A DNA stretch of 64,000 nt from an uncultured Clostridia bacterium (GCA_947304585.1 CAMZBI010000001.1:97325-161324), one strand, 5' to 3'. Numbered from the stretch's first letter, positions 50,841-59,937 are shown. Notes: generated by a model from the letters alone, not told the origin. Numbers and translations: made by a program.

Positions 50841-50892
50841 TTTGTCCGTTTTTCCAACCATTTTTATGTGCTTTTTGTCCGTTTTTCCAACC
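50841..50892. repeat. Two 19-bp direct repeats (TTTGTCCGTTTTTCCAACC, period 33 bp) in the promoter region of the 49406-50761 ATPase; the module is duplicated at 54691-54742.
   Basis: Exact repeat read directly from the sequence; iteron/operator-like. Confidence 0.55.
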
Positions 50893-51188
50893 AAGACTCT
50901 TTCTGCTTTCATATGAATACTTAAGGTTAGCATCACGACACAAGCTATTGATTCGTTTAAAACCGCTTCCAAACTGCTCGATTGATTTGTCGGTATACAA
51001 CACTTTGGCTATTTTTTCATTTCGGATTCAATATTGTTCTTGATATATTCTTCTGGCGAAAAACCACTGGCATATTCTCCGGGATTGCCGACATAATCAA
51101 TTTCTGCTTCTGCTCTCTCGGCCAAGATCCAGAGCATAGCATTCTTTGACATTACGGCAACATTGCGATAAATCGAAATGTTGCCGTA

Positions 51189-51521
51189 ATGTTGCGCAAT
51201 GTTGGATATAATGTTAGAGCGATCCATGCGATGGAGGTGGGACAGATGAAAATTAATGAGTTGTTTTCCGATGTCATAACGGAAGACCTGCAATGTGAAT
51301 TCAAAGCACAACTAAATCGGGAAAACCCTGTAAAATGGGCTAAGTCCATAGTTGGTTTTGCCAATGGTGTTGGCGGTATTCTTTTTGTAGGTGTATCTAA
51401 CGATCGGGAAGCTTTTGGATTGATTCTGGATGAGGTTGATCAAACAAAAAATCTGATAGCGACGATAAATTCATTGACAATACCAAATAGATGCGACGAT
51501 CATTTTATCACTTTCCACTGA
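51189..51521 (+). pseudogene. N-terminal fragment of an AlbA_2 (Schlafen-like DNA-binding) domain protein.
   Basis: 'EFKAQLNRE...AKSIVGFANGVGGILFVGVSNDREAFGL' matches the AlbA_2 core but the ORF stops after 110 aa. Confidence 0.45.
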
Positions 51522-51784
51522 CCTGTTTTCCTTGATCCCTGGCGAACAATATATCCCAGTTCAACATGATAGTTTATTCTTCTTTCAACAGTTCTTAAGC
51601 TTTTTCCAATTTCTGCCGCAATATCAGCTTTAAACACTTTGGGATTTCTGATCATAATCTCAAGTATAGTTTCATCAATATGTTTTAAACCGCCATTTAA
51701 ACCGCCATTTAAACCGCCATTTAAACCGACATTTTTCTTGATTCCTGCTGCTTCCAATACAGTTTTATTAAACGGAATCGACAA
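51500..51784 (-). pseudogene. C-terminal winged-HTH fragment of an AlbA_2/HATPase_c_4-type regulator, preceded by a Gly-Leu-Asn repeat encoded by a 12-bp tandem array.
   Basis: '...GLNGGLNGGLNGG...' encoded by (aaaccgccattt)x3-4 at 51687-51730. C-terminal 'IGKSLRTVERRINYHVELGYIVRQGSRKTGQWKVIK' resembles the wHTH at the C-terminus of the 55031-56356 product. Near-duplicate at 54290-54480. Confidence 0.45.
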
Positions 51785-51851
51785 TATTTACGTCGGCGCA
51801 GACGAGAGTTTTGTTACTGAGGAGCTGCAGAAGACAAACGGGTTGATGTAA
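51785..51851 (+). pseudogene. 22-aa remnant of the tyrosine-integrase C-terminus (copy 2).
   Basis: 'NIYVGADESFVTEELQKTNGLM' versus 'NIYVGADDSFVAEEVQKINGLM' in the copies at 54183 and 62400. Confidence 0.5.
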
Positions 51852-51884
51852 GAAAAAGGATCCGCCCGGGGTGCCGGGCGGGGG
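51852..51884 (-). terminator. GC-rich hairpin terminator shared by the convergent integrase-fragment and AlbA_2 gene; the same module recurs at 54186-54217 and 62404-62434.
   Basis: CCGCCCGG-GGTG-CCGGGCGG stem with an A-run upstream (a T-run on the - strand, downstream of the 51914-53368 gene). Confidence 0.6.
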
Positions 51885-51913
51885 GGAAGTCATAACAATA
51901 TTACAACTGCTGC

Positions 51914-53368
51914 TCAATGCTTCAGTTTAACTTTTTCTTGATTCGAACGGAAAACACTGCTGCCATTTCCCTTTGATTCCAGAAGGTAACCGTTTTCACA
52001 CAGCCGCCCGAGAGTGTTCGTCCTGAAATATGTAGATGCGGTTATGCCTATATATTCGGCAATTTCCTTTGCACTGTGTGCTGATTGGTAACAGTAAGCA
52101 AGGATCTTAAGATCATTTTTCCCCGTTGTGATTCCCTCTGTATAGATTTCGGGAATTAGATCATCGGAAATTCCGAAACGATATGTCAGGTCCGGAAGTG
52201 TCAGCGTAAAAGAAGATGCATCAGAGGTAATGTACGGCTGGTACCGGTCGGCATATGGCGAATAATCTTCGGCGATTTTATCAAATCCGGAGCCTTTTTC
52301 CTCCATATATCTGCACATTTCAAGTATCGCGCATATCACGTTATTCCGACGACGTGGGATAATAGCAGAAATATTCTTTTCTTTTCTCAGCTCTTTTCCT
52401 CCCATCAAAGAACCGGGAGATGTGATCTCCAGTCTGTCGCGGAATATGTTCACTTCGATCTGTGTTCCAAACATGAAGTAATTTCGGTGACCTACTGCAT
52501 TGACGATTCCTTCTGTCACAGATCGTGCCGGAAAAGCGATAAAGTCGCTTTGCCCAAGGTCTTCTTTCTTAAAGCCGTTGGCAGAATGATTTCGAACAAA
52601 AGCAGCACACTTCTCTATGACGTCAAGGAGATTGCCGTTGTATTCCTCACTCGCCAATACAATGTTGTCTCCTTTGGTCAAGCCGGGCCAAAGCGTTGCC
52701 ACCGCATGTGTTTCCTCGCAGCTGCAATCATCTTCAAACAAAAGTGCACCTTTTGATAGATACCTGTCTGAAGACATGATAGAACGGGAAATCAGCGCCT
52801 TTTCGTTAAACTGGTTTCCTCCGGCTTCAATTGTTTTTTTGAGTTTTTGGAATTTTCCGGGATCAAATTCTATCTCTGTAAAAGGTCGATCGTACGGAAT
52901 CTCTTCACTCATAATGACCATGTCGCGAACTTGTTCCGGAGAGGCAATATCAGTCCTTCCAAAAATCCTCACATAGATTCCCAACAATCCGTCCTGATGA
53001 ATCATAACAGGCAGATTACTGCTCTTCTTAACATCGATCTTTAAGACGTAACGGCTTGGCGATATACCCGGTACCGGTATTGCGGATATTTCGTAGTTGA
53101 TCAAAGGAGTTACTTTGCTCCTCAGCTGTCGATGAACCATGAGAACGATTTTGTCTGCGGTTTCATGATCCAGCGCGACTACTTTGTGGCTGTTATCCTC
53201 CACGCCAACGTAAAGAACTCCGCCCTCTGTGTTTGCAAATGCGGTCAGTGTTTTTAGCCATCCGATCTCTTTGCTTTTTCCCTTACTGTCAGTTCCTTCT
53301 TCGATTATCCCTTTAAACTCGATATTCTTTGATTCCAAATTTACATTGGCAATTTCCTGAATAAGCAT
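51914..53368 (-). CDS. AlbA_2 (Schlafen-like) + HATPase_c_4 + wHTH protein (often annotated as a RecG-like transcriptional regulator).
   Basis: N-terminal 'NIEFKGII...LKTLTAFANTEGGVLYVGVEDN' AlbA_2 block. Central ATPase-like region. C-terminal HTH 'AHSAKEIAEYIGITASTYFRTNTLGRLCENGYL'. Confidence 0.6.
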   Translation of the reverse strand: MLIQEIANVNLESKNIEFKGIIEEGTDSKGKSKEIGWLKTLTAFANTEGGVLYVGVEDNSHKVVALDHETADKIVLMVHRQLRSKVTPLINYEISAIPVPGISPSRYVLKIDVKKSSNLPVMIHQDGLLGIYVRIFGRTDIASPEQVRDMVIMSEEIPYDRPFTEIEFDPGKFQKLKKTIEAGGNQFNEKALISRSIMSSDRYLSKGALLFEDDCSCEETHAVATLWPGLTKGDNIVLASEEYNGNLLDVIEKCAAFVRNHSANGFKKEDLGQSDFIAFPARSVTEGIVNAVGHRNYFMFGTQIEVNIFRDRLEITSPGSLMGGKELRKEKNISAIIPRRRNNVICAILEMCRYMEEKGSGFDKIAEDYSPYADRYQPYITSDASSFTLTLPDLTYRFGISDDLIPEIYTEGITTGKNDLKILAYCYQSAHSAKEIAEYIGITASTYFRTNTLGRLCENGYLLESKGNGSSVFRSNQEKVKLKH

Positions 53369-53639
53369 GGTATTTCACCTCCGTACCAGGCAGTATACAA
53401 GAAAAAAATGAAGTTGTAAAGGAAAACTTCACTGCACTTCACTGAAAACTACACTGTACTTCGCTGGAAATTTCATTTTTAGTGAAGACGAACCGATATA
53501 TCAAAAAGAAGACGCCCTTACAAAAAGCATCCGTTGAAATCATGTTCCGATTTTGGATTATCGGCAATAAATGCTTTTTATTGCCGAAAGTCCAAATGCT
53601 TTGTCCCACGTGAGATAAAATAGCGTGTTGTGAAAGAAT

Positions 53640-53830
53640 ACCAGTGAATAGCGATTATCAGCCAAGTATCGGAGTAAAATCCGGCCAATCTTCGGATTTG
53701 AGTGAACAATTTGCCCCCCTACCTCACGGGGGGCGCAAGGTCAAATGCTGTAGCTTAAGACATGGAAATAGTACGGAAAAGCACTAAATTTAACACCTGA
53801 CCACAAGCCCCTGAAGGTGCACTCACGTGA
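53640..53830 (+). repeat. ~170-bp element arm plus att core copy 2 (tRNA-Lys 3' end); near-identical second copy at 56385-56575.
   Basis: Both copies contain the hairpin GCCCCCC-N8-GGGGGGC and end in CCCCTGAAGGTGCA. Read directly from the sequence. Confidence 0.6.
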
Positions 53831-53838
53831 AATAACAA

Positions 53839-54183
53839 ATGATCAAAGACCTTGGCATTAAGCTGCCGACGGTTGGCGACAAAAGCAACTTCTGCTTCTG
53901 CTCCGGCAGAGGGAGGCTGATCAGCGAGCAGCGCATAAACAGCATAATCCACCAAATCCTTGAAAAGCACAATGCCGAGAGGCCGGAGATTCCGTTGCCG
54001 AGGTTTTCGTGCCACACACTTCGCCACACCTATGCGACAAGACTTTGCGAGGCGGGGGTGTCAATCAAGGCCGCACAGACCCTTCTGGGACATGCGGACT
54101 TCCAGATGACTTACAATATTTACGTCGGAGCCGACGACAGTTTTGTCGCTGAGGAAGTGCAAAAGATAAACGGGTTGATGTGA
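53839..54183 (+). pseudogene. C-terminal 114 aa of a tyrosine recombinase/integrase (copy 3), truncated at the att junction.
   Basis: 'FSCHTLRHTYATRL...LLGHADFQMTYNIYVGA' contains the HxxR and catalytic-Tyr region of tyrosine recombinases. An in-frame TAA sits 2 codons upstream of the first Met. Confidence 0.65.
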
Positions 54184-54536
54184 GGGAAAAAAGGACCCGC
54201 CCGGGGTGCCGGGCGGGAGAGGAAATGCTTCGATAAAAGCATTAGCGTCAACGAAATAATCGCATAAAATGACCGTTTTTAAGGCATATTTACTTCGAAA
54301 ACAGTTTTATTCTTCTTTCAACAGTTCTTAAGCTTTTTCCAATTTCTGCCGCAATATCAGCTTTAAACACTTTGGGGCTTCTGATCATAATCTCAAGTAT
54401 AGTTTCATCAATATGTGTTTAACCGCCATTTAAACCGCCATTTTCCTTGATTCCTGCAACTTCCAATACAGTTTTATTAAACGGAATCGTTACTATGATG
54501 TAGACACTTCATTTTTAGTGAAGACGGACCGGTTTC

Positions 54537-54936
54537 ATCGTTCACCTATCGTTCACCTTATCGTTCACCCTATCTTTCACCCTGACGATCCAATTGGAGT
54601 GTTGTGTAAACACCATCAATCAATCGATAGCGTTGTATACGTTTGGACCAAGAACCCCTACGCCATCATTACTTACCGGGCTGGTCGAAGTTTGTCCGTT
54701 TTTCCAACCGTTTTTATGTGCTTTTTGTCCGTTTTTCCAACCCGTGAACAAGATAATGCATAAAATTGGGGTATCGAAAACGGGAATAATGCATATTTTT
54801 GGGGTTGCACGTTTTTTTCTGATAACTTATCTGATAACTAATCTGATAACTTATCTGATAAGCAATCCGATAACTTGTTTGCAGTTTCACCTCAAAGCAA
54901 TAGAGCTTCAAAGCACCAAAGCACCAAAGCACCAAA
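54537..54936. repeat. Cluster of short tandem-repeat arrays: 12-bp (atcgttcaccyt) x4 at 54537-54590, 12-bp (ctgataactyat) x5 at 54819-54876, 8-bp (gcaccaaa) x3 at 54909-54936, plus the duplicated 19-bp direct-repeat module at 54691-54742.
   Basis: Read directly; no long ORF covers them. Located upstream of the 55031 gene. Confidence 0.6.
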
Positions 54937-55030
54937 AAATGAAATTATATGGACAAATTTGAAATTAATTATATGGACATATTCGGCTGTCCATGTTATA
55001 ATTTGGTAGCGTTTTGAGAGGAGGCTTAAA

Positions 55031-56356
55031 ATGGTTATTGGATCTGAAAGTGAAACAGTTGAGTTCAAGCTTACTACTGGGGAAAGGAATGAAGCTGTAG
55101 AATCAATAGCGGCTATCTTGAACAAACATTGTCGAGGCACTGTGTATTTCGGAGTAGATGATTCCGGATACGTTAAGGGCCAACAAATAAGTGATTCCAC
55201 AAAAAAGGATATATCAAGGGTAATCAGTGATTCTATAGAACCGAGAATTACGCCAACAATAGAGGTGATAACTGTAGAGCAAAGAACAATCATTAAAGTG
55301 TCCTTTTCCGGCCATAACAGACCCTATGCAGTTAATGGCAAGTATCTAATTCGTACCGGAACAGAAAACAGGCGCATGTCTCCTGACGAGTTAAAACGTT
55401 TGATAAAGAATGATGATTATTCTTCTAAGTGGGAGGAATACCTGACGGATTACACTTCTGAAGATTTGGATGATGATGCATTGAAAGACTTTTTTCAGTC
55501 TGCAAAAAGCTGCGGTCGCTTGTCCATGAATGAGTATAATAAAGAGAAATTGATAACCACAATTGACATTGTGCACGACGGACACATAAACAACGGAGGA
55601 TATGCTCTTTTTGGAAAAAATGCAAAGATCGGATTAAAACTCGCATCGTATGCCACAGATAATAAAATAACAATTACAGATTTGAAACTTCTTGAAGGAA
55701 ATATATATAACCTTGTGAACGATGCAATAGCCTATATTTTGAACCATATCAACTGGAGAAGCGAAATAGGAACCAGAAAGAGGAAAGAGATTCCGGAAAT
55801 CCCTGAAGAGGCGATACGTGAAATAGTTGTAAATGCTTTTGCTCATGCAGATTATGAAACCGTTCCTGAGATTGAAATAGGCATTCATCCCGGAAAAATC
55901 GAGATATATAACCCCGGGCCTTTTCCCGATGACCTTACGCCAATTGATTTCATATCAAGGAACCTCCCATCGTACAAAAGAAACAGGCTTATTCTGGATG
56001 TTTTGTTTAGGAGTAAAGATGTTGAGAAATCAGGCACCGGATTTCAACGAGTAAATGATTTTTGCAAGCGACAGAATGTTACTTGGAATTATCGAAAGGA
56101 GGCAAATGGCTTCTTCTTTGAATTTATCAGGACAAATGTCCGGATAAATGTCCAGATAAACACAGAACTTACAGACGCAGAGCAGGTCATTTTCAATTTA
56201 CTTCAGAATAATGAAGGTATCTCAAAGGCTGAAATGGCTATTAGAATTGGGAAATCGGAAAAGACTGTCCAAAGGATCATCTCGTCGCTCATGAAAAAAC
56301 ATGTAATAGAAAGAACCGGATCAAACAAATCGGGAAGCTGGAAAATTAAGATATGA
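55031..56356 (+). CDS. AlbA_2 (Schlafen-like) + HATPase_c_4 + wHTH protein.
   Basis: N-terminal 'ETVEFKLTTG...CRGTVYFGVDDSGYVKG' AlbA_2 block. C-terminal HTH 'KAEMAIRIGKSEKTVQRIISSLMKKHVIERTG'. RBS GAGGAGG. Confidence 0.6.
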   Translation: MVIGSESETVEFKLTTGERNEAVESIAAILNKHCRGTVYFGVDDSGYVKGQQISDSTKKDISRVISDSIEPRITPTIEVITVEQRTIIKVSFSGHNRPYAVNGKYLIRTGTENRRMSPDELKRLIKNDDYSSKWEEYLTDYTSEDLDDDALKDFFQSAKSCGRLSMNEYNKEKLITTIDIVHDGHINNGGYALFGKNAKIGLKLASYATDNKITITDLKLLEGNIYNLVNDAIAYILNHINWRSEIGTRKRKEIPEIPEEAIREIVVNAFAHADYETVPEIEIGIHPGKIEIYNPGPFPDDLTPIDFISRNLPSYKRNRLILDVLFRSKDVEKSGTGFQRVNDFCKRQNVTWNYRKEANGFFFEFIRTNVRINVQINTELTDAEQVIFNLLQNNEGISKAEMAIRIGKSEKTVQRIISSLMKKHVIERTGSNKSGSWKIKI

Positions 56357-56557
56357 GCAGAGATGCACCGACGGACTGGACTGGGTGTGGAAAAGCATTA
56401 AGTTAGCCAACTCTCGGAGTGAAATCTGGCCAATCGTCGGATCTGAGTGAACAAGTTGCCCCCCAACCTCACGGGGGGCGCGAGTTCAAATTCCGCAGCT
56501 TAAGACTTGGAAATAGTACAGAAAATCACTAAATTTAGCACCTGACCACAAACCCCT

Positions 56558-56575
56558 GAAGGTGCACCACAAGAA
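56558..56575 (+). repeat. att core copy 3 (tRNA-Lys 3' end) at the right end of the second arm repeat; followed by a hairpin plus T-run.
   Basis: 'cccctgaaggtgca' then 'gaaggggatttccattcaggagtcccctttttc'. Confidence 0.55.
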
Positions 56576-57032
56576 GGGGATTTCCATTCAGGAGTCCCCT
56601 TTTTCTATGCCAGTCTGTGCCACACTGTGCGTATTCCAAAGTGTCCCAAACCCCTCATAAACTGTGCCACACTGTTCCAGTCTGTTCAACTAATTGCGCA
56701 CTGGGGGCTTGCTATGCGTATACCAGCATAGGGAGAGCACCTACTTTCGTTCCGTATAAAGATATCTTGCCCCATGATCTGTTGACTATGATTTTATCAT
56801 TGTAGTCTGCTGGGCTAGTGTTTCGAACGCTGTTTTTTTCAGTAAACTTGCAATCCAGAGAAAGTCTTCAGATTGACATTTTGGTTGGTGCGAACTGAAA
56901 ACAATGAGTTAAGTATTATTTGACTTATTATACTGTGCCAACCATGAAAAAATAAGAGATGAATTCTATTGTAGAAAATGCGAGGTTTGCGCTATAATAA
57001 TTCAAACTACTCTTAAGGAAGGTGTGAGTTTA

Positions 57033-57263
57033 ATGCAATTGCCAATCGCAATTAAAACTATAAGACAAAAAGCATTTATGACACAGGCTTGTTTTGCCCA
57101 AGAACTCGGAGTGACGTCGTCAACAATCAATAGATGGGAACATGGAAAAGCTAAGCCTAATCTTACCGCAATGAAAAAACTAAAAACATTATGCGAAGCG
57201 AATAGGCTTGATTATGAAATCGTAGAATCTGCGTGGTTTGAAGCCCAAACCAATGATATGTGA
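57033..57263 (+). CDS. XRE-family HTH transcriptional regulator; likely controller (C) protein of the adjacent R-M system.
   Basis: 'IRQKAFMTQACFAQELGVTSSTINRWEHGKAKPNL' is a canonical XRE HTH. RBS AAGGAAGG. 3' end overlaps the methyltransferase start. Confidence 0.6.
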   Translation: MQLPIAIKTIRQKAFMTQACFAQELGVTSSTINRWEHGKAKPNLTAMKKLKTLCEANRLDYEIVESAWFEAQTNDM

Positions 57264-57273
57264 GGATAGAAAA

Positions 57274-58515
57274 ATGAATGTATTATCTTTGTTTTCTGGA
57301 TGTGGTGGTATGGATATTGGTTTTGAAGGAGGTTTTGTATGCCTTAGAAGATCGATTAATACCCAAATTCACCCAGATTGGATAAAAGAAGATATGGGAG
57401 AATATGTTCGTGTCGTCGAAACTGGATTTCATACAGTCTTTGCAAATGATATACGTCCGGATGCAAAAGCGGCGTGGGTGTCTTATTTCGAGAGGCGGAT
57501 TGATAATGCTGAAAAGATATACAGACTCGAAAGCATTGTAGATCTTGTCAAACAAGCCAAGAATGGAGAGAGTGTTTTCCCCTGTAATGTTGATGTTGTT
57601 ACAGGCGGATTTCCGTGTCAAGATTTTTCGATAGCAGGTAAAAGGAAGGGTTTTAATTCGGAAAAAAGTCATACCGGCGGCAAACTAGATGCTGATGAGC
57701 CTTCCGTCGAGAGCCGAGGGCAGCTTTATATGTGGATGCGAGATGTGATAACGATAACGAAACCAGCTATTTTTATTGCAGAGAATGTAAAGGGACTGAC
57801 AAATCTCGACGATGTGAAAGAAATAATCGAGCATGACTTTGCTAATGCCGCTAATGGCGGATATCTTGTAATTCCTGCAAGAGTTCTTCATGCAGCTGAT
57901 TATGGTGTTCCACAATCAAGGGAACGTGTGATTTTCTTCGGGTTTAAGAAGAATTCTCTAAATACTAAGGCAATGGAAGCATTGATTTCGCAGATTATTC
58001 CAACTGAATATGATCCGTATCCGCCGATCACTCATGCATATCACACAAAAGCTGAGATGCTATATACACCAGTAACCTGTAGAGAAGCATTTAGCGGGTT
58101 GACTGAGCCGAGCCTTTCAGATGATCCTTCTCAAAAGAAGTATTCAAAGGCCAAGTACATGGGGAGACATTGCCAAGGACAAACAGAGATAAGACTAGAC
58201 GATATTGGACCCACAATACGATCGGAGCATCATGGCAATATAGAATATAGAAGATTGAGTTACGAACATGGTGGCCAACATACTGAAGAATTAAGAATGG
58301 GGCTGAACGAGAGAAGACTGACTGTTCGAGAATGCGCCCGCATTCAAACTTTTCCAGATGATTACCAGTTTATATTACCTGCAAGAGAAGGATTTACTTC
58401 AGTCTCTTCAAGCGACGCTTACAAAATAATAGGAAATGCAGTTCCATGTGTGCTTGCATACAATATAGCTAAACACCTTTCTGAAAGATGGGAGATGTAT
58501 TTCGGTGAGGAGTAA
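57274..58515 (+). CDS. DNA (cytosine-5)-methyltransferase.
   Basis: Motif I 'LFSGCGGMDIGF', motif IV 'GGFPCQDFSIAG', motif VI 'ENVKGL', motif VIII 'QSRERV', motif X 'GNAVP'. RBS GAGGA before the ATG at 57274. Confidence 0.85.
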   Translation: MNVLSLFSGCGGMDIGFEGGFVCLRRSINTQIHPDWIKEDMGEYVRVVETGFHTVFANDIRPDAKAAWVSYFERRIDNAEKIYRLESIVDLVKQAKNGESVFPCNVDVVTGGFPCQDFSIAGKRKGFNSEKSHTGGKLDADEPSVESRGQLYMWMRDVITITKPAIFIAENVKGLTNLDDVKEIIEHDFANAANGGYLVIPARVLHAADYGVPQSRERVIFFGFKKNSLNTKAMEALISQIIPTEYDPYPPITHAYHTKAEMLYTPVTCREAFSGLTEPSLSDDPSQKKYSKAKYMGRHCQGQTEIRLDDIGPTIRSEHHGNIEYRRLSYEHGGQHTEELRMGLNERRLTVRECARIQTFPDDYQFILPAREGFTSVSSSDAYKIIGNAVPCVLAYNIAKHLSERWEMYFGEE

Positions 58516-58518
58516 AAG

Positions 58519-59670
58519 ATGATTATTTCTGAGAACAACATTCCGACAATTTCAGAGTTTCGTGATTTAATGCACAAAACGGATGCTTTGCTTAACAAGG
58601 AGGCATCGGGGCGTGACGCCTATTACGCAAAGCGAAATGGGACAGAACTCGAAGAAGATGTGTTTGATGCGCTTAAACGGTCGTCGATTAATACTCCTTT
58701 TGATGGATCAATCCAGTTGGTTTCAGGATCAGCTTTTCCAGACATTGTTGCAAATGGCTACTATGGGGTGGAAGTTAAAAGCACAAATAAGAATCACTGG
58801 CGGTCAATCGGGAGCAGCATATTAGAGTCAACAAGGATTCCGAGTGTTGAGCGTATCTTTTTGACATTTGGCAAGTTAGGAGCACCTGTGGAATTCAGAA
58901 GTCGGCCGTACGAGGAGTGTCTATATGGAATATCAGTGACTCACTATCCGAGGTATCAAATTGATATGGAGCTGGGTAAGGGCGAGACTATTTTCGATAA
59001 AATGGGTGTTTCGTATGACGTCATACGAAACATGACTAACCCAGTGGAACCGGTGTCAAGGTATTACAAAAGCCAGCTGAAGCCAGGAGAAAGCTTATGG
59101 TGGGCAGAAACCGGAAACGTCGAAGAAGATGCTGCGCCTCCAACGGTCAAACTTTGGACTGCGCTTTCTCCTGAGGCGAAAGAAATCTTGACAGTACAGG
59201 GATACACTTTATTTCCAGAGGTTTTGAGGTCATCAAGTCCGAAGAAATACAACCGTTACGCACTTTGGCTGGTTACGAAAAAAGGCGTAGTTAATACAAA
59301 CATACGAGACTCTTTCTCTGCTGGAGGAAAGGTTCCGATGAGAACTACTGGCGGGATAGATGTGTTGATGCCGGCAGCATTTGGCCGAATTGACAAGTAC
59401 AGCAATTTAATAAAAACCACCCTTTATGATATTGATGAGGAGACCTTAAAGGAGTATTGGGAAACTGATACCATTGAGGAGGACCGATTATCGCAATGGT
59501 GCAATATGATTGCATGGGCGGCGAATACAGATCCCAATATTGATTTTTCCCTAGCGATGCAAGTGCTAAATAGAATTTTCCTCCGTATCCCCAGCATCGA
59601 TAACAACTATTTAACTCTAGACGAGGATGAAACGCTATTTTTTGCAGCTGAGGAGGATACTACATTGTAA
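58519..59670 (+). CDS. Type II restriction endonuclease (PD-(D/E)xK), cognate partner of the m5C methyltransferase.
   Basis: Starts 4 nt after the MTase stop. 'AFPDIVANGYYGVEVKS' fits the D...ExK pattern. No methyltransferase motifs. Confidence 0.6.
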   Translation: MIISENNIPTISEFRDLMHKTDALLNKEASGRDAYYAKRNGTELEEDVFDALKRSSINTPFDGSIQLVSGSAFPDIVANGYYGVEVKSTNKNHWRSIGSSILESTRIPSVERIFLTFGKLGAPVEFRSRPYEECLYGISVTHYPRYQIDMELGKGETIFDKMGVSYDVIRNMTNPVEPVSRYYKSQLKPGESLWWAETGNVEEDAAPPTVKLWTALSPEAKEILTVQGYTLFPEVLRSSSPKKYNRYALWLVTKKGVVNTNIRDSFSAGGKVPMRTTGGIDVLMPAAFGRIDKYSNLIKTTLYDIDEETLKEYWETDTIEEDRLSQWCNMIAWAANTDPNIDFSLAMQVLNRIFLRIPSIDNNYLTLDEDETLFFAAEEDTTL

Positions 59671-59693
59671 ATAGCCTTTCTGAAAAGGAAAGA

Positions 59694-59861
59694 ATGCATA
59701 TTCCAGAGATACAAGTTGGAAATATATTAGTACACGACATTTACGGAGATGGATTTGTGCAAAGTATTGGCGATGGAGTGATTGTGGTGAATTTTAACGG
59801 AACAGAGAAACGGTTTCAGTATCCTCAAGCCATCCAAAACAATTGCTTAAAAAAGAAATAA
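59694..59861 (+). CDS. Small hypothetical protein (55 aa).
   Basis: ORF with RBS GAAAAGGAAAGA immediately after the REase stop; no recognisable motif. Confidence 0.3.
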   Translation: MHIPEIQVGNILVHDIYGDGFVQSIGDGVIVVNFNGTEKRFQYPQAIQNNCLKKK

Positions 59862-59903
59862 TGAGGCAAAACGAATGTTGTTTTTCCCTCTGGCCTCGTT
59901 ATT

Positions 59904-59937
59904 TGTGATATTGTGTCTGTAGATCACAAGGAAGGAG
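59904..59937 (+). promoter_or_regulatory. Palindromic operator-like element TGTGAT-N13-ATCACA followed by AGGAAGGAG; a second copy lies at 61729-61763.
   Basis: 'tgtgatattgtgtctgtagatcacaaggaaggag' versus 'tgtgatattgtgtttgcagatcacacagaaggagg'; located upstream of 59983 and 61772 respectively. Confidence 0.5.

Noticed and set aside
51687-51730. 12-bp tandem repeats (here, at 54537, 54819 and 62923) considered as possible CRISPR arrays.
   Set aside because: The units are contiguous with no unique spacers, 12 bp is far shorter than CRISPR repeats, and no cas genes are present. Two of the arrays are translated as peptide repeats.
51639-51851. 70-aa ORF with an 'FKPPFKPPFKPP' repeat.
   Set aside because: It is the opposite strand of the (aaaccgccattt)n tandem array inside the wHTH fragment. 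Only its last 22 aa are a real integrase remnant, which is annotated separately.
53755-54027. ORFs 53755-54027(-) and 61669-62244(-), 'MAKCVARKPRQRNLRPLG...'.
   Set aside because: They are antisense to the integrase C-terminal fragments. The same artefact appears at both copies because the DNA is duplicated.
56617-56805. 62-aa ORF downstream of att copy 3.
   Set aside because: It lies in a repeat-rich AT-rich intergenic stretch, has no RBS and has Cys/His-random composition. It is likely non-coding.
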